From Pelomyxa schiedti (lineage: Eukaryota; Protista; Evosea): a DNA stretch of 42,076 bases. Positions 40,171 through 42,076 of the stretch are shown here, piece by piece. Each line of letters starts with the position of its first letter. Position 1 is the first letter of the stretch. The stretch spans positions 1 through 42,076 of the forward strand of contig JAHLWZ010000251.1 of the NCBI GenBank assembly GCA_020536535.1, read 5' to 3'. A program made the translations under genes and the position numbers. Under the pieces are notes generated by a model. It was not told where the DNA came from. It worked only from the letters and a program-made list of their open reading frames with translations, and ran no database searches.

Positions 40171-41193
40171 CTATTTATTTAAAGGGCAGACCACAGATCT
40201 TTTTTTATGGACAACAGAGCAATTCCCATCGTCCTCAAGCTCTGAAGTGAATACACAGAACAAAGGGTGACTGTCATCCCCGTCCCACATTCTCTTTTGA
40301 ACAGTTGAGTTTCCAATCCAAAAATCGTAGATGGGTTTGTTGTGTGCAATCATGTCACACACCACATAAACAGAGTTTCTAGTGTATTCTGCCATCCTGA
40401 TCAGGTGTTGTGCCACCATTTCCAGATGCACAAGCATTGCTTCCCGCTTTCCACCAAACACTCCACAGTTGTACAGCTTCTTATGTTCGTCAGTCCTGTC
40501 AATCCCTTCGCAATCCTTCCACATTTTGTGCACCCACCACCATCCCGGCTTCACCTCCCACGAGAAGAATATATCCCGGCCAGTGGAGCTCAGGCTCCGC
40601 ATCATCTCGACAGGGTTATTGTTGAACTTCACATCCCGAACATCAGTGGACATCACGTACTCCCACTCACTGTGGTTCTGCACCAAATCCAGAAGGGAAA
40701 GCATCCTCCATTCGTTTGGACGCATGTTCCTGCTGTAGTGTGACCTGTCCACCTGCACAAACTTGAAAGTGTCAGTTTCCATCTGCCTCACCACACTCTC
40801 GTTCAGCCCATTGTGCATCAGAACACCATGGATTCCAGCCTTTTGCAGAGAATCGCACCACACTCTGAAGTACTCCACGCAAGTGGGAGTGTACGCGACT
40901 CCCCTCTGTGGATCAACCTCCCCGTGGAAGTAGGCTCCAACCACAACAAGGGGGATCGTCGGTATTGGTGCCACAACAACAGAAATGGTTGATGACGATA
41001 ATGACGACGATAATGACGACGATGTAGTGCTACTAGCAGGAGAACCACTGCCGGAATTAACATCTGTGATTGGGCTGGGTGGTAAAGGCACTATCGCTGT
41101 GGTGGGTGCCGAGACGGCACTCCACAAAAAGGCACGCAGGAGTACACCGACGCACGCCAGAAAAAAAAAAAGCATTGCAAGGTGGCGGCGCAT
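40171..41193 (-). CDS. Intronless type II membrane protein, probable GT-A-fold glycosyltransferase
   Basis: Signal anchor MRRHLAMLFFFLACVGVLL, Ser/Thr/Pro stem, then DPQR, STDVRDVKFNNNP (DxD-like), YNCGVFGGKR and CDMIAHN. The ORF track extends in frame to 41277. Confidence 0.65.
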   Translation of the reverse strand: MRRHLAMLFFFLACVGVLLRAFLWSAVSAPTTAIVPLPPSPITDVNSGSGSPASSTTSSSLSSSLSSSTISVVVAPIPTIPLVVVGAYFHGEVDPQRGVAYTPTCVEYFRVWCDSLQKAGIHGVLMHNGLNESVVRQMETDTFKFVQVDRSHYSRNMRPNEWRMLSLLDLVQNHSEWEYVMSTDVRDVKFNNNPVEMMRSLSSTGRDIFFSWEVKPGWWWVHKMWKDCEGIDRTDEHKKLYNCGVFGGKREAMLVHLEMVAQHLIRMAEYTRNSVYVVCDMIAHNKPIYDFWIGNSTVQKRMWDGDDSHPLFCVFTSELEDDGNCSVVHKKRSVVCPLNK

Positions 41194-42076
41194 TTTTTGT
41201 TGTAGTGATGTTAGGCGAACCTTTTTGGCAGTCTGGGGAACAATAAAATGCTGAAAGCGGGATCTTGTACAACGCACAGGAACGCGGGTTTGGTTGATGT
41301 GTCTGCACCTACATCTCTACACCGATTTGCACGGAAGGCAGGCAAATTTTTGTGCTTTTGAAACGGAACACCACCAACGGAACACTCGAACATCGGTGAC
41401 ATGTGGTGGGGGTCTGGTGACGTGGTGAGCCGTGCCTGCCCAAAACAGAGGCCTACTACAAGAACAAAGTGCTACGACGCTTGGTGAGGGTGTTGTGCAC
41501 AGATTGGCAAGAGTGGTGGGGAATTTTTTTTTTATTCTTCTGGTATTTTTTTTTTATTATTGTGTTTTGTCTCAATCCCTCTAGGTTTCAGTTGTTAAAC
41601 GATTTGTATCGAAGTGTTTTTTTATTTAAATTTTAATTCCTTTATTTTTGTTTTAATTTTCCTTTATTGACTTTGCATTATTCTGTTTTCGTTCTAGAAC
41701 GTTTTTGCCTTCGCTTTTTCTTCTAACACCAACACAGACCACATGATCTGTCATCACACACAAACCAGGCAATATGATACAATGGTTCCAGGCACACAAT
41801 CAAGAATATTGTCTCTGACTCATGTATGTCACATTTGCCGATGAGACATTACACAGATGTATGGCACTTTCTATTTCACAAAACAATGAGTGCAGCACTG
41901 AAAATCAAACACCCAAACAAACAGAAAAAAAAAAAAAAAATCGTGCGTGAACTGACTGATGTGAATTGGGTCATAACACATTTTGTGGTGTTTTAAGACT
42001 TGTGGATGCAACACACGTGAACAAAATTGCCGCAAATCCAAGATGAACGACATTGCCAACGTGCTTCCCCTAGCTT

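Overview
Eukaryotic scaffold segment with two 100-N gaps. It is gene-dense, most genes carry many short GT-AG introns, and it is heavily colonised by decayed mobile elements. Two lineage-specific gene families resemble those I recall from the anaerobic archamoeba Pelomyxa (inference, not checked). Recognisable genes: a multi-exon PEX6 peroxin AAA-ATPase, an F-box protein, a syntaxin-7/12-like Qa-SNARE, a PHO80/cyclin-U-like cyclin head-to-head with an IRE/MAST/Rim15-type AGC kinase, a two-TM membrane protein, an intronless GT-A-like glycosyltransferase, and three intact members plus one pseudogene of an intronless ~400-aa family. Mobile and decayed content: a 2.9-kb pogo-like DNA transposon with both TIRs and TA TSD, an internally deleted second copy of it, an LTR retroelement family with hairpins at both LTR ends (solo LTR, nested LTRs, PPTs), PIF/Harbinger-like and possible Sola-like transposase remnants, an SH2-like + kinase pseudogene, a decayed tRNA-like sequence, and several palindromic or tandem repeats. 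Exon structures were reconstructed by eye and are approximate.
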